From positions 34,410,001-34,474,000 of the forward strand of contig CM114271.1 of NCBI GenBank assembly GCA_050084515.1: a stretch of 64,000 nt of DNA, given 5' to 3'. The notes beneath the pieces are model-generated. The model had not been told where the DNA came from. It ran no database searches and saw only the letters and a list, made by a program, of their open reading frames with translations. The translations under genes were made by a program, and so were the position numbers. Shown here in pieces: positions 25,711 through 39,200 of this stretch. The stretch's first letter is position 1, and every line of letters starts with the position of its first letter. This stretch comes from Blasia pusilla. Lineage: Eukaryota.

Positions 25711-27673
25711 GGATATATTTCAATCATCTAACAGGCGCGAAAACCACTATTTCCAATGGGCTCCTTACACGGTCACGCCGACCCCAACCGTCCATGCAAC
25801 CCAAGGAGCCGGCCGCATGAGGCCGGGAGGTCGCGGCCTAAATTTTGTTGGCGCATAAACGCTTTTCAATGCATATCTAACCGTTTATGCTGAAACCCTA
25901 TGTACTTCCTTGGCTTGTCCAACGGAAATACACATGAGGTCGCCGCGACCTCTACGGAGGAGAAGGTTCGAAGGTAAATTCCTGCGACGTCGCGGTAAGG
26001 GTATCACGACTATCGCGCGATGCATGCAGTTTCGTGAGACGGTCGATACGAACAACGTATCTCTTATCCGGTTTGTTCACGCGCTCCTCCCCAGAGTCGA
26101 CGGGAGGATGCTCAGTGAGTGTCTGTCTGGGCTGAGGGCGGAGTGACTAGTGTGGATTGGCCTTCCGAGAAACTTGAGCGTTTTCTTTCTGATTTCCAAT
26201 TTCGATTTTCACAGCGGACGTGTTGGAGTCGTAAAATGGTGCTCCTCGTTGAGAAGGTTGTTGCGGTTGTCGCGTGTCCATCGCTGTCGTGCGGTGTGTC
26301 ACAGAGGCGCGTACCGTCGCGTCTCAGTTCTACGGAATGCGGACTGGGCTTGTCCCACCGAATGAGGACCAACTTCACAGGGAACCGTCTTTCTTCTCAC
26401 GACGAACTATCCAGCAGCGTTTTCCATAACTTCCATTTTTCAGAGAGGTGATTACTACTCAGAATTCCTATTTTCACCATGTCTCCCAAACGAAAGTTCT
26501 GAATTTGTAAGTGTTTGCGCTGAGATGAGCTGAAAAAGTGTCACGTCATCAGCCGAGCTGCGGAGACATGTACTTTGCTCGCTTGCTTACCAAGTGAAAA
26601 GGTTTTTCTTCAAGGTGGAATTCGCGGCTGCTCTACGAAGCAGTCGTTTTTGGGCTAATCTGTCAATAGACCGACAGAAAGATTGCTCTTCTTTTCTTCC
26701 AGAGTAGAATGTCTGAACAATGATCGTGTTCCCAGATATGTGATGTCCCGGGTTCCTTGGCCACTGCGAAGGAATTTAGCCACTTAATTTCTGAAGTCAT
26801 TGATGTCATTTCTCGAGTCCAATTCTCGACAATGCTGTTGCTGACCACATTGCCATATTTGTAGATGTAGGACCCCATGAACAAGGTAGAATTGCTCATT
26901 GACACTGAATTATCGGTGAAAAACTCTGTACCGACTCTTACATAGAACGACAACTTTGACGCTGATGAATGCTGGCTCGACTTTAATTTTCCTACTTTTC
27001 CGTTTCCAGGGGGACCCTAACTACAGTACAGCGTTCTACGGTATGCGCTGCCGGAGCAAAGACGAAACCCTTAGGTACCGTGCTTGCTTGCACTTTATTC
27101 ATCTGTTCCGTCCAATGATCTCTATCTTTCTGCTTCTTCAGATGCAGACGACCACCGGAAGCTTAATGTTCATCTTTTGCTTCTTACTTTTCACTCCCGA
27201 GGCCAGAGATATCGTCTTGAGTACGATGGTCAGACTCTCCGTCGTCTGGAAGTGATAAATAAGTAATTCAAGTACTTGCGATCTTGGGTCTCCCTTCACT
27301 GTACTCTGTATTGGACATCACAGTCACCGCTCGATATTCTGTCTTTGAAGGTGGGGAAGAGGCTGTCGGGAAGGACCACTTTCGTGTCTATAATTGTATC
27401 TAGGGTTTACGTTGTAACCTACGGTATTGCCCGAGTCACAAGTGTTGCTGTCAGCGAGCCACGAATTCTAGGACATGTGAAGTAAGAATTATCAGCGTGC
27501 TAATCGGCAGTGGATATTCTATGAACTCAGCAATTTCACGTTTAGTCCAAGGTTTTTGTCCACGGAAACTTAGGTTTCGAGTCCCACTTAAGTTGAATCT
27601 AATAGACCCAACAAGGAATTTTAGCCAAGATAAGTTTCATTTGAGATTGGATTTACGTAGGGAGCTTTTGTAG

Positions 27674-30600
27674 CTCGATGCTTATGTCAACAGACACAAT
27701 GCGGGTCTAAATACAGAATGGCCAAGTTTCCTTACGACAGCCACGAAATCAAATATATGTGTATATCCAAGAAAATTTGCACACGAGCTTTGCAATAAAT
27801 CGCCGCGAGCCTCAAGTAACTTTTCGTCTCTTACTGCTCTTGGTGGAAATCTATCTTGCAAAGTTGTTCTCTGATCTCGATTTTCACCAACTGTGCTATT
27901 TGCAGCTCCAGGTGTCGCTCCCGGAGCGGATAGCTCAAAAATTAAACCCCTTACCATCAAGGACGCGCAGATTGTTGCCGAGCCACCTCAAAATAACACA
28001 ATGAGGGTAAGTGATCACGAAAATATTACCGTCCACCATATCCTTCCTTTGATAGGACGTTCGGTGACTTCATATGTTATTGATAGATGCTTGACACTGT
28101 CCCAAAGCATACGGTGCTTTGGGACAGTGTCTAGCCTACGGTGCTGGATCCCTGAATCAAGTTCAGGGACGAGCTTTTGGTTCTTCCTTCCCTAGTTTGG
28201 TATGGGAAATTTACTTCTCGAATTTTTTGAACTACCAGATGTTAGGCAACCGTGTAGTGTTGTAGATTATGATGACAGGAGCCATGAGTACTTCGCATGT
28301 ATGGCAGGAATTCCTTTTGGTTATCGTCTTTCTGTCTAAGCGCTTGCGTTGGACAATGAGAGCAGCATCCTCACTACTACATCTTGATTGCCGCAAAGAG
28401 AGTACAAAAGAATTATGGTTTGGGTTATTTCGGTAGATCATTGAATGTGTTTGCACTTGTCAAGAAGTATTGCTCACCATGGAGACGCTTTGTTCCTTTC
28501 TTTCACCTACTGCGTTCAAACTCGACACCAAAGTTGGACTATCAAGGAGGGACGCCTTTGGTGAACTGGTGATCAACGAAAACATTACATTGGATGAGAA
28601 ATCAACTTGTAGCAGTGGTAGAAACAGTGCTTTGGCTATCTTTATCCTCTTCCAGTTAGTAAACCCAGTGTCTACATGATATAGCTCCGAACACAAACGG
28701 ACGACAGGGCTCTTAGTTGAAGAATTTTCCCCCGGTTGTCGGTCAAGACCCTGTATTTTGCTACTTCAGGTTCTGGTGAGGGTTTTGAGTTAAGATGCAC
28801 TCTGAATGTCAAGAACGCATATTCTCAACACCTGAAAATTATTCTGATTCATTTCTTCTTGTCACGGAAAGCACTTCAGTTTTCAAAGCTTCTCCCGGTG
28901 GGTTTAGATGATATAAGCTATCGTAACCTTTCCCAATCTCTAGCTTTGCTTGTTTTGGCAATCAGCAATGCGTGTAGCTTGAACGTTTTCCTTCATTTCT
29001 TTCACTAATTCCTGAACTGGGGGAGAGCAAGGATAAACCATCCCTTGTTAACGACATTCTGAAATTCTATCTTCTGGAAGCATGATCTGTGATTTAGGCT
29101 TCAATTCCTTCCCAGCTTGGAGTGCACTAATCAATACCATTTCTGTCCCATTTGTGGATTCAGATTAGGGTGGATGTTAACGGGAGTGACACACAACGGG
29201 CATTTGACACCGTACTCAGAGATCTAGCGAAAAACGCTCCGCCTGTGCCTGGATTCCGTAAAGCTAAAGGAGGTGAGTGCCAACATCTGTTCCCATGTGT
29301 GTGACATGTTCACCCAATTACCTAACTGAGATGACTTCCGAGACTTGTCTGAAGTTCATAAGCTCGTGAATTTTCGTGCGAACGGGACCCATAAATTTTC
29401 CATGATTTCCGCTCGCTTCCTTCATTATCTTGGGGGGCATTCGATTCTGAAATCCAACACTATCGTCCCAAATTGTTTTTCCCGTTAGATGGGGCTTTCT
29501 TCCATGGCTCCAATGAACGACGCGGCTTCACACTCTCTCGAGTGTAAGCATATCAATTTCTCTCGAGTGTCTGATTTTGAAGTCTCGGACAACACATTCT
29601 TCCGGAGCGTTGTTGAATGGGAGTGTCGCCCATTTGACATACTGTCCATAGGGTTAAGAGTGAGTTAAGAGTGTCCACACAAAGACTAGAGCCACGAGGC
29701 TTTGACCCAAACGTGACATAGTTGGGATGGAGATCTTACCAAAGCTTCTTCAATGTCCTTATGACGTAAGATCTCATCCGGACTACAATTCATGCCCACG
29801 CTTTCAACGACTCGCTTTGTGGATTCTCTAGACGGTCAGGTATGTTGGAATTACAAAATGCGATCAACCTTCTATAGAGGATGAGTAGACCATAGCATAT
29901 TCATTGTTCTCTGGGCGTCTAGTTTCTAGTTCAAAGTAGACTAGTGGCAATACAGAAGTGTGTTTAGTCGGAGGCAGAGAAAAGCATGCATTCGCGTCTT
30001 GCCGTCTCGTCTCCAGCGATTATGGATGCCGATCACCGTAAGCTCGGATTGGACGCAAGTTCAGTTTCCACAAAGGGCGTCGTCGTCAGTCGTCGTACGC
30101 TATCATCGGGGCGCAAGTTCAGTTGGTTTCGGAGATTGTTCATGGAAGAGCGAGACGGCTGAAAAAACGCATGTTTCGTTATCGCAGTCTTCTGTTTCCA
30201 AATTGCATCGTCCTTGCGACCTCCCGCTCGTATTCCTACCCCTCTTCCGTTCCTTGTGACCGCGCTTTTCAGTTCAACGGTGGTTGTGATGTGGGAAACA
30301 AACTCCCTGGAATGCCCGAGAGTTGTGTTGGTGGTTGGAGAGCGCTGGTTGCTGGCAGCACGAGCGCCCGCGCTTCCAGCAAAGCATCTGGTTGCGAAAA
30401 TCCTCCGCAACGAGAACTTCTCTTTTGTCAGTGATCTGCCTTGGAGAGATTTCATTTCCTCCAGAGTTGCAACCATCTGATGCGCAACTCAGCAAGCTTA
30501 ATTCCGAGCAGTTATGCGATGAGATGGATAGCTGGGATGAATTTTAGTTCAATCCCTGGCCTCCACGCAAGGGGATGACGGGTCAGTCTGGGCATTGGGG

Positions 30601-33026
30601 AAGATTGATTTTGATGGCGAAGCGGGTCCATGTAAGGCACATTCTGCTCGTGTCGGTTGTAGGCTCGAGTAGCCTAATCGATATTTCTACGTCTTAAAAC
30701 GAAAGTCGAAACGGAAGAGTTAATGCGCTCTCTATCCTTCAATCAGCTTACAAGCTTAGGACCGATTGTACTGTTTCATGGCCTCGAAGCTCAGGCAGCG
30801 GAAAACGTAGCAAAACGTTTCCTGCAGGAAATAAATCTGCAAGACTTGTGACTCTGGCTATGGTACGAAGGGCAGAATTGGTGTGCAAATAGCTTGGAAA
30901 ACAAATCTGAGATATGTGCCAAAAGCAGAGTTGGCCTCCGATGCTGCTCATATACCACACATGGACTGAAAAAAAACAATTGGCTTAGTAACTCGGGGCA
31001 AGGATCTTATTTCGAACTCTTGGGTTGATTGTTTTGATTATTTGTTCTGCGCATAACACGGTCTGAACATTAGCAAGTCTTAGCATACAAGTGTGTGCCT
31101 TCTTAGCGTACTGGTGTTGTCGCCAAGGCATACTATGAGATATGTGCATCTATCTCGAGGAGATGGGGCAGGGAACCTTCTGTCGTGTGTGATTGATTTA
31201 CACCGGTACACAGCGCGATGGCTTTTTTCTTACATTCTTTTGTAAGGTCTGGGAAGCTGTTATGGATGCACGTCTAGGGTAGAACCTGGACAAAAATGCA
31301 GCAGTGGCAGGCCCGAAAGGTGGAACTAGCTACCATTCGAATAAGCATGGGTGAACGCTGAGGTGCGTGGTCATGGCTTTTATCAGATTATCCTTTGGGT
31401 CCACAAACCACTGGTCGTTAACCTCTCTCGTCTCCTAAACTTCAAATAGTGGTGAAAGGAAAGGAGATCTCCTACTAGTACCGAAAGTCTCAATGAACAA
31501 TGTGAGGCTCCACTGAAATAGCAGTTTTACTGGGAGTTACGCAGAGTATTTTGAGATATTTTTGTGGGTATTGCATAGATGACCCCATCAACCTGATCAC
31601 GGTGGCTGTCTGCAACCTGCAGTTCTGTGAAACCTGGTTCAAGTCGAAGTTACCAGCAGAGGCTTGCTCTGAACAGGTTTTCATAGCTCTATTGTGCCTG
31701 TGGTTAAGCATAGGCCCAATCTGTAGTAGGTGCTCATGCTGAGTACAACTTGGAATGTGTTGATACCTGAAACCATTCCAGTGGCTTACCCTCCTCTTCC
31801 GACTCATAACCACGTGCCTGGATACTGCCAGTGGAGTGCTCTAGCACCCGGCTGTACTAATCTAGTTAGATCTTGATGTGTTCATTTTGGAAGAGGCGTT
31901 ACTTGAGGGACTTTTTGTAAATGCTTATCATTCATTCTCTTCCCAGTGCAAAAGAGGAAGCACATCACGTTTTCCACAATTTTAGGTGGTAGTCCATGCA
32001 GTCTGGCGATTGCTTCTTCAAAGATGAGATTGTGATAGTAAATGTACCGTCTTTCACGTACTTTCTTTCTGCACCGCCAGCTGACTCAAAATTTTGTTTG
32101 GCTGTCATGTGGCTGCTCGGTTGAACGGGTGGATGCATTTCAGGGAAAACATCGCTCGTAAGTGCCTCCGTCCAAAGCATCTTTACCATGTGCCGAGTTT
32201 GCCTGTTTGGGCCTCCCACTGCTCTCCTCGTGTTTCCACTCGGTGGATCCGTTGTTGTAGGCTGCATAGGATGCAGTATCATCCCTGTACCCTCGCACAC
32301 CTTTGGAAATTGCTAAGAGAACTAAGTAAAAATGCTGACAATGCATAGAATTCCAATCGATGTTTTAAAACGCTTGTGGATGCTGCTGAGGGTTTAGGGT
32401 TGTGAACAAGCGGTCTGGAGAACATGTTACGAATGCTGAGTCGTACCTTCGTGAGGTCTGACTATATTTTTCTGAAAGACCGGGTCTCGCAATCTGCCAC
32501 AATGATCTGTTTTCGTCGAATTTTCGTCAACAACTTGGAGTTCTTGGTCCTGTAGCCAGAGCAATCTCTGTCACTGTCATCTCACCACGAAGTGTGCATG
32601 ACCTCAGGTGCCACTGAATGTTATCTATCAACTTATGGGCCCAACGCTGGTCAGGAAGTTTGTCATCGAGGAGATCATCAAAGCGACTCTGAATGACTAC
32701 GTAGGAAAGGTACGTCAAAGGCAGAAATTATACGGTTGCTTTCAAATGCGTGGGTGAAACTCTCGTTCCACTTGATAAAATCTCCGAGCTTTCCGAGAAA
32801 TCAACCTGCTAATTGTGGTGTTGACAATTGTGTTTTACTGGAATAGCAGGAAGGCTTGAAAGCAAAGAATCAGCTGAAAACGGACCAGACGAGTGATGAA
32901 CTCGACGCCATTTTCGAGCCAGGGAAAGACTTCGGATTCAATGCCACACTGGAGCTTGAAGAAGAGGATTCTAGTGCAGAAGCGACACGAGAAGTAGAAG
33001 CAGTCGTCACGGAACCAGCTACATAA
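27674..33026 (+). CDS. Trigger factor ribosome-binding-domain protein (plant truncated TIG-like, probably plastid-targeted)
   Basis: Exons 27906-28006, 29164-29272 (IRVDVNGSDTQRAFDTVLRDLAKNAPPVPGFRKAKG), 32144-32157 (GKTSL), 32608-32709 (VPLNVIYQLMGPTLVRKFVIEEII) and 32850-33026 (FEPGKDFGFNATLEL..stop). Phases are consistent. The 5' exons are uncertain: an open stretch at 27674-27815 and a candidate ATG at 27521. Confidence 0.85.
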
Positions 33027-34663
33027 ATATATATATAGCTCCTCTGTAATTTAGGCCATTTTAGGTTGTACAATCGTCGAATTATCAAAAACTCCGAATC
33101 TCAGTATCCGCTGCGCAAGTGTTTCACCATATTACTCTTAACCTCCTCCAACGCTCCAGTGGCCCGCTGCCACTTTCCACGGAGTGACCTGACCGCCTTT
33201 CTATTCAGACCATCCACGCGATGCGGAATGTCTAACAACGCATCAGATTGACCTGCTCCACGTTTCTCCCTCGTCATTCTCTCACCAACAGAGCAATCGT
33301 CAATCAACCCCAAGATAGCCTGCGTTGGCTTCACAGTAAGTCAGTCTGAGAGATTCAATGACCACTCTTGAGAAGAAGACCTGCGACAGTGCGACATAGA
33401 TCCTCGACGCGGTCTTGAGACTTTCCCCTTTCTCCTGCATTTCGACACATTTCAGAGGACCGACGCCGCCATGTCGTCATCGCCGAATGTGCCTCGAAGA
33501 TTTCGTCAGAATGCACGGAAGACCAAGTCCGTCCTCCTCCTCCACCAAACCTCTGGAGTCTGGACATGACCTCTGACCCCATGCGCAGTCGCACGGTTGA
33601 CAGTCCAAGTCCCGTCGCCTGTGGTCGTTTCGCCCTCGTCGCTCCGGAAGACTCCGCGAAGTTTTCTTCGCCGTCTTCGGAACCCGTCAAAGTACGAGAC
33701 GGATCACATGCCTTTCCGGGCCCCCAAATCTCGTTTTCCTCGAGGAACGGCCCAATAGCGTGAGAACAAACGTTGCCCGCCCTCTATCTTCCTATGCTTT
33801 TTTTATTGAAGTTTATTATTAAAAGAAAAAAATTTGAGGGAATTTGAAGCGGCCCAAACAAAAGTGGTCCCTACAAGCAGAAACTGCCCAAAAAAAGCCG
33901 TAGAAACTGGAATTAGTTGAGGAAACGGTACACGAAACCAGTATGCTACCCCCACTTAGAGTTTTAAACGGAGGAGGTAGGAAACACTAATAGTATAATA
34001 GAGGTCGGAAACTCCTTATCCTTATTGTCGAATCGGAATCTGATTCGACAATAAGGGAGTAATGCACACGGAGATCCTCATAACACGAATAAAAGAAAAG
34101 CCCAAGAATAATATTGTGATATTATTTTGTATCTCATTAATGAGAGAATTAATATTAGTACGGATGTTAGCATGGGATAATTACAAATTCATATTCTAAG
34201 GTGCAAAATAACTTGCATTTTGCATTTGGAATGGACTTCAAATAGGGGCCGTAGTGAAAAGCATTAACACATAAGAAAATGGAATTGACGGAGGAAATAG
34301 AACACGACTTGAAAAGCATTGATACAAAAGAAAATGGAATTGATTGAGGAAACCATGAAAAGCAAGAACACAATATAGAGATCGTAAGAAAAAAACAGGC
34401 CATGAAGAGAAGAGGAAAAGGGATAAAATTTACTAATATAGATAACCCACCACGCCATGAAGAGGAAAGGAAAGGGATAAGAATTACTAATACGATATAG
34501 ATAAAAAAAAATTTATTAACAAGTATTACCAAATGTGTTTATTTGGATTCATATTTCCATTCACATCCGACCATTTAGAAGTTATATCAAAATAATTTGC
34601 ATTCTGCAGCATCAGCATTTGAAATCGACTTAGCATCCAAATGCCACCAGAATACGTGGCAGC

Positions 34664-34665
<2 letters not shown>

Positions 34666-34717
<52 letters not shown>
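34666..34717. repeat. (GA)n microsatellite
   Basis: Perfect dinucleotide run. Confidence 0.99.
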
Positions 34718-34719
<2 letters not shown>

Positions 34720-36237
34720 ATTAATGTGGCCTAGTAGAAGGGACCGTAAAAAATGGACCAAAAAATTTATGAATTAGGCACATGAAAGAAGATAGAATTA
34801 AGTGCATTTGAGGGAATTTGAGACCGCAAGAAGATAATGCCCAAAAGGGAAAAAAATGGAAAAAAAAATTAGAAAGTAAATGATGACAGAAATAGAGACA
34901 GACATGACCTTCTTAAGGCCATAATTGTTCCATCACCTCCTAAATCACCAACTAGTGTGACCCTTCAAAGTGTAGGGTAAAACTAAGATAATGACTCATG
35001 AGAGAGTGGGTAGGACAAGAAGATGTGATTGATGGTGTAGGGATATTCATCATGACCCAAGTTTGGATTTAGAGAGCTCCAAATGCATTTTGGATTCGTA
35101 ATTTAAGATAACTAACAAAAGTTTATTTAACCGAGTAATTGTACAATTGAAAGCATAGTGACATGGGGGTGGAACCATGTAGTCGACTAGTAGGGATCCA
35201 CACCAAGTAGTATTGTCTCCACCCGAACTTCATTAAAGCAGAGGATCCAAAGTGTCCTACCATGGAGAAAATAAGTTTCAATAGGGCGTCTCATAAAGCA
35301 AAACTTCCTCCAATTGCTTGACTATAAAACAAAAATGACCTTCATTTACTTCAAAGGATATTTTCTTTTATTAGATTCTGTACTAGTCACAGTGAGGTAC
35401 AGAAACTGGGATTGGACTTTCGGTCGTAAGGAGGTGTGGATCCACCTCCACTAGAACCAAAAGGTTGTAACTATGTAAAAATCGATATAGACATCGCGTC
35501 CACGACTATGGCCTAAATTTTGAGAGGCCCTATTGAGTTGTTGCACCCGTAATTAGCTTCAAACCTACGGGATCAATTGTCCCATCCCATAAGGAAAGGA
35601 AGTGAACCTTGCGAGTGCCCAATGACTCCTCCCACATTGGTTAGTAATGATTTTGAAGGGACATTACGAGTGACCCATAGTAAGACACGTCAGCTCAAAG
35701 TTCATTAATGGAAAAGTTATTACAAGTTACAACCAACCGTATCCTTAAACGGGATAAGTAAGGAAGCAACATATGAAAGCTATAAAAAAACATCCAAATT
35801 CATGGAGATAAAATTTATCATCTTCCCAAACATAGAAAATTTTCTTTGAATAAAATTTTCTATATTAAATTCCCAGGAAAACAAAATTTTCCGTAATGGA
35901 ATATATTGTTCATGAAACCATTAATGTTATGTTGGACGTAAAGGGAAAATATTATGGAAATTTTTGTTGTTGCATAAATTTGTGCTCACAAAGTATTAGA
36001 ATCCCCTATTTGATTACATCTTAACAAAAATTATAATAGTTGCACATCATATCCTTTACCAAGGTTGCATATGGACAAAGTGTGTATCCGCGGACATGTC
36101 CATGTCCATAGACTGACGTCCATCCTATAGAAGGACATGCCTATGTGGGCCCCATCTCTCCCTTCTTTCTTGTCCCTCCTCTTCCCCTCGTGATCCTCAC
36201 TTTCTCATTTCTTCCTCCTGCCACCTCCACTAAGTCC

Positions 36238-39200
36238 CAGGGTCCGGACAGTTTTTTCCCGTTCAACCCGTAGATTTTCGGGACCTTCGACGTATATTCA
36301 GAAATTATGTTTAAGGTTCCGGTAGGAAGAGCTTAAAAAAAATTAGACAGCTATTTACTGAGATTAAATATTTTAAGGGATACATTTATGAAATGTTTTT
36401 AATCAGATCGGTGCATTTGTGGGATTTGTGTTTGCAAGCGGCCAATTTCTGACGGCTTGAAATTTGTCTCGGATATTTTCTGTAAAGTTTTCCCACTACA
36501 GGAATGAAGCTGCTTTGGCACTCCCTTTTTCTCTCCATTTTCTATTTACATTTGCCTCACTTGGAAATTCTTTTCACATCCTTGGCAGGATTTGAACCTG
36601 GCCAAACCTCCCACCCCTTGGGAGCAAAGGATTACATGCAATTAAAACATCAATCCTTATTGTGAATTTCTTTGCCTAAGTTGTCCCTATGATCCTTTCA
36701 CTCAAACATTTCCTTGGGAGGATTTGAACCTGGCCAAGCCTCCCACCAGCTGGGAGCCAAGGATCTTACCCTTCCATAATACTTGAAGCTCCATGAAAAG
36801 CTCCAGGGTATTACAAAAGGGTGGATCAACAATATACTTCTCAGGGTTGGAACATACATATCTAAAGTTTGCAGAATTTTTCCAAAGTACTATTGATTCA
36901 ACCAAGAGATCCTCATAATCAAGTATTAGCCCCTCTAAAGAAATCCTAAGGATGGCATCCAAATGTTTTGTCATCAATCTATTACGACTTTTAGTCTTAA
37001 TATTGTTCAGAATAGAGAAAGCTCTCTGACAAATAGTTGTACTCACACATTGTACTCTAGCAATATTAGCAAACACGAGTAGGTGATAGAACTTAAATTT
37101 TAGAGATGGACTCCAACTTACCATACTCCACAAGTCTCAAAAGTTTCGGTCTTTCCACTCAGTTGTGGACATGAGCTTGAATGATTGAAATTCCTATTTT
37201 ACTGCTCCAGGATTTATAAGAGCACGCTGCAAATGACCCGTCAATGGTAGTGCCACTCCAAAATGTACACACAACTCATCTACCTCCTTACAACCCCAAC
37301 TATTCAACCCTACTTGCCTTGAAGGCATATGCAGAGGATTCAATACCCTCATTGCACCAATCCAATTATTATCTTTAAACCGGTCATGTAAACCTGCACA
37401 TACACTCTTTGAAAATTTCTTCTGAAAGGTTAAAGCACATTCGAAGTCCTTTCTCGTCCGATCTTTCACCATCTCTATACTATGGAACTTGCTACCCCTT
37501 ATCTCAGATTGCAAGCACTTCAGATATCCTCCAGGGAGACTAAAATCAGGCAAAATATGGTACCTTGTGTCTTCTGAGAGAGTAGAAGCATTTAAGTCAT
37601 AGGTTTCCATCACAAAATTCATTGTAATGGAAGAAATTTCATAATTCAATATGCTGCCAATAGTACTTACATCTACAAATTTGTATTGAAAAACTTTGCT
37701 CAAGTTTGCAAGAATTGACAAAAGATCAGCCAAAAAATACAATTGGTAGATCATTTGAAATGATCTCAACTTGTTGTATAAATTAGTCGCGTTACCATCA
37801 TCCTCGAAATGCAAAATATCTCAAAACACCTAGGAACAGATTCCAACGAATCACACAATGTAGTAACTGCTTGCCAACGTGACAACCAACGAATTTTATG
37901 ATATCTTTTCATAACCCTCTGGGAGTCATTGAGTTTCTCTTGCAATATTGCAAGAGCACACTTCCTCTTGGAAGATCTCCTAAAGTATCCAACTACATCA
38001 TTCAATATGGAGTCTATATTTGTTGATGTCTTCTTGCAAGTTGGTGTTTTGGCTGCTGTCAAAGCAGCCAAATTGGTCCTATGTGCTACACAATGCACAT
38101 AGAGCACAAAGGGGTTTACCTTTTGCTTCAGTTGAGAGGCTACACCATTCTGACTTCCTACCATAGTTGAGGCTCTGTTAGAGTCAAAAGCTACCATTTT
38201 TGTACTCTCAAGCCCAAAATCCTTCATCAACTCCAAAAGAGTACTAGTAATAGCATTAGAGCACTTCTCTGGACATTGCATCAATCCTATAAATGAACTC
38301 TCAACCTGGCCCTCTTCTAAGTATGTTACAAATACAACCAAGTGCCCTGTTACACAAATGTCCATGGATTCATCTATCATAATCCCGAAGAAAAGGAGAC
38401 TTTTGCACTTTACTAAGGGTCCTTCTGAGAAGAACTTGGCTGATGTAAAAGCACATATCAGCGCAGCTCTTCTCATCTTGGTACAACTCTTTGGTCTATG
38501 GTGCATTCACAGAACACAACAACTTACACAAATTAGGGAATTTCACAAAAGGAAAGGCTTCCCTTGAAATGAAATATGCAGACTTAAATAAAGTCAATAA
38601 AGCTACATCACAAGTTCGATTAGTAGTTGCGATGGCCTTGGCCATGGACCTGTTCCCTATGTTAGCAGCCCAAGAGAGCTTTATATGCTCCTTCGATTTT
38701 CCATGATCTGTGAAGGCCGAGACCTTACAGTTTATGGCACCATCCCTTGCAAATGAGCTCTTTCCCTTTCCCTGTTTGCAAACTTTGCATAAGATCCTAC
38801 CACTTTCTAAATGAAATTCTATCCAATCGAAGAGAGAGTTCCACATGTCCTTCCATGCATGTCGATTCTTATCAGTTCTGCTTGTATTGTTTGTATCTAC
38901 TTCCCGCCCATCTGATGAGCCTGACTTGCTTGAATCTTCTAAAAATACTTGACTACAATCTTTGTGCAACATCTCACTCATAGTTATCTCTCTCTTGGCC
39001 ATCTGAAGAAGATGTCTCACCCTCCCCCCTTCCCCTCTCTACGTCAGGTCACAATCTAGAACCTAACCCTAAACTAGAACAGAATAGATACAACTTCAAT
39101 ACCCTAAACGAAAGAAAGAACATGCAACCAGGAGACAAAAGGTTGAAAGGAGATCGAGTTGCGGCCTAAACGTAACCCCTGCTTCTTTACAGTGATAATA

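Noticed and set aside
36585..36747. Two GGATTTGAACC motifs resembling tRNA B-boxes
   Set aside because: They belong to a ~130-bp duplication at the 3' end of the hAT transposase and have no tRNA structure.
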